NCBI RefSeq assembly: GCF_963921235.1
Contig: NC_086097.1
Location: 180,174,001-180,238,000 of the forward strand
Reading direction: 5' to 3'
Origin: Mobula hypostoma
Lineage: Eukaryota
Length of the DNA: 64,000 bases
Shown: in pieces, positions 63,164-64,000 of the stretch
Layout of the letters: each line of letters starts with the position of its first letter
How positions within the stretch are numbered: position 1 is the stretch's first letter
The notes under the pieces: generated by a model
Database searches by the model: none
The model's input: the letters and a program-made list of their open reading frames with translations, nothing else
Told to the model about the DNA's origin: nothing
Program-made: the position numbers and the translations under genes

Positions 63164-63891
63164 AAGATGGTTGCGGTGTGTCACATGCAGGCCAAATCGA
63201 CGCAACAGGGCCCAGGCCGGAGAGTGGGAACGAGCCAATGTTTGGCTGCTCGAGGAAACAGGATCCAGGCCTGAGAGTGAGAACAAGCCAACGTTTGGCT
63301 GCTCGAGCAAACTTGGAGGCAATTTGAAGTGGCAGAACCGAGGTAAGGCAGAGTCGAAGCGGCGAAGCCCGGGCCCGGGAGTGAAGAACAAGCTGATGTT
63401 TGACCGATTTAAGAAACGAGCCAAATTGGAAAGGTCGGGCATGGGCCAAATCGGGACAGCAGGTTCTGGACCCGAGAGTGTATTGAAGTAGCAGGGCCCA
63501 GGTCTAAGAGCAAGGAACAACCCTCTGTTTGGCCGACATAAGCATCAGGCCAGATTGAAAGTGTCAGGGCTGGAGGCGAAGAACAGGCTGGGGTTTTCAG
63601 CCTGCTGCTCTGCGAGGTTTACTATTCTCTGTGCTGAACTGAGTACGTGGCCTGCAGCTAACGGGCTCTTGTATTGACCGTGACTGGTTTTGTGACTATG
63701 GACTCACTTTCATGAACTTCAGTTCAAAATATGATTTGCACAATTTGTTTTTTTCTGCACATTGGGTGTTTGACAGTCTTTATTTACTGGGTTCTATTGG
63801 GTTTCTTTGTTTTGTGGCTGCCTGTAAGGAGATGAATCTCAAGGTTGTATATAGTATACATACTTTCATAATAAGTGTGCTTTGAACTTTG
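63164..63891 (+). mobile_element. Probable non-autonomous retroelement: GC-rich tandem-repeat head plus Rex-type 3' tail
   Basis: aagatgg near start; four related units; tail ggttgtatat...ctttgaactttg resembles 27375-27407. Confidence 0.55.
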
Positions 63892-64000
63892 TTCTACTGC
63901 TTTCAGTCATGGAAGATGATCTTTTTGAGATTAATTTTCTCAGGCAGGAGGAATACATTAATTACATGATCATTCAATCTGTGCTTCATGGCTTCAGCAG

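Noticed and set aside
60413..64000. Search for RMC1 exons 1-2 and promoter
   Set aside because: No matching coding sequence found by eye; the CpG-rich 63.2-63.6 kb stretch looks like a repeat, so the 5' end is probably beyond the window

Overview
Vertebrate genomic DNA, most likely a cartilaginous fish (inferred from the repeat families, not confirmed). It holds two convergent, tail-to-tail lysosomal/endosomal genes. On + is the 3' half of NPC1: 14 coding exons from the sterol-sensing domain to the stop at 16752. On - are 18 coding exons of RMC1/C18orf8 (59972 down to the stop at 17083); its first two exons are not in the window. All exons were spliced by hand and keep frame; exon numbers follow my recollection of the human genes. 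Introns are packed with decayed CR1 and Rex/Babar LINEs, tRNA-derived SINEs, Penelope-like elements, a solo LTR, an internally deleted hAT transposon and a Tigger-like MITE. Most notable: (1) a symmetric bidirectional poly(A) module apparently shared by both genes; (2) hammerhead-ribozyme cores in Penelope-derived repeats on the RMC1 sense strand; (3) a U12-type intron and a GC-AG intron in RMC1; (4) an hAT element with perfect TSD; (5) a perfect 46-bp AT palindrome inside a CR1 RT. I found no convincing new multi-gene system. Most ORFs in the supplied track are repeat debris. Repeat boundaries are approximate unless a TSD or TIR is given.
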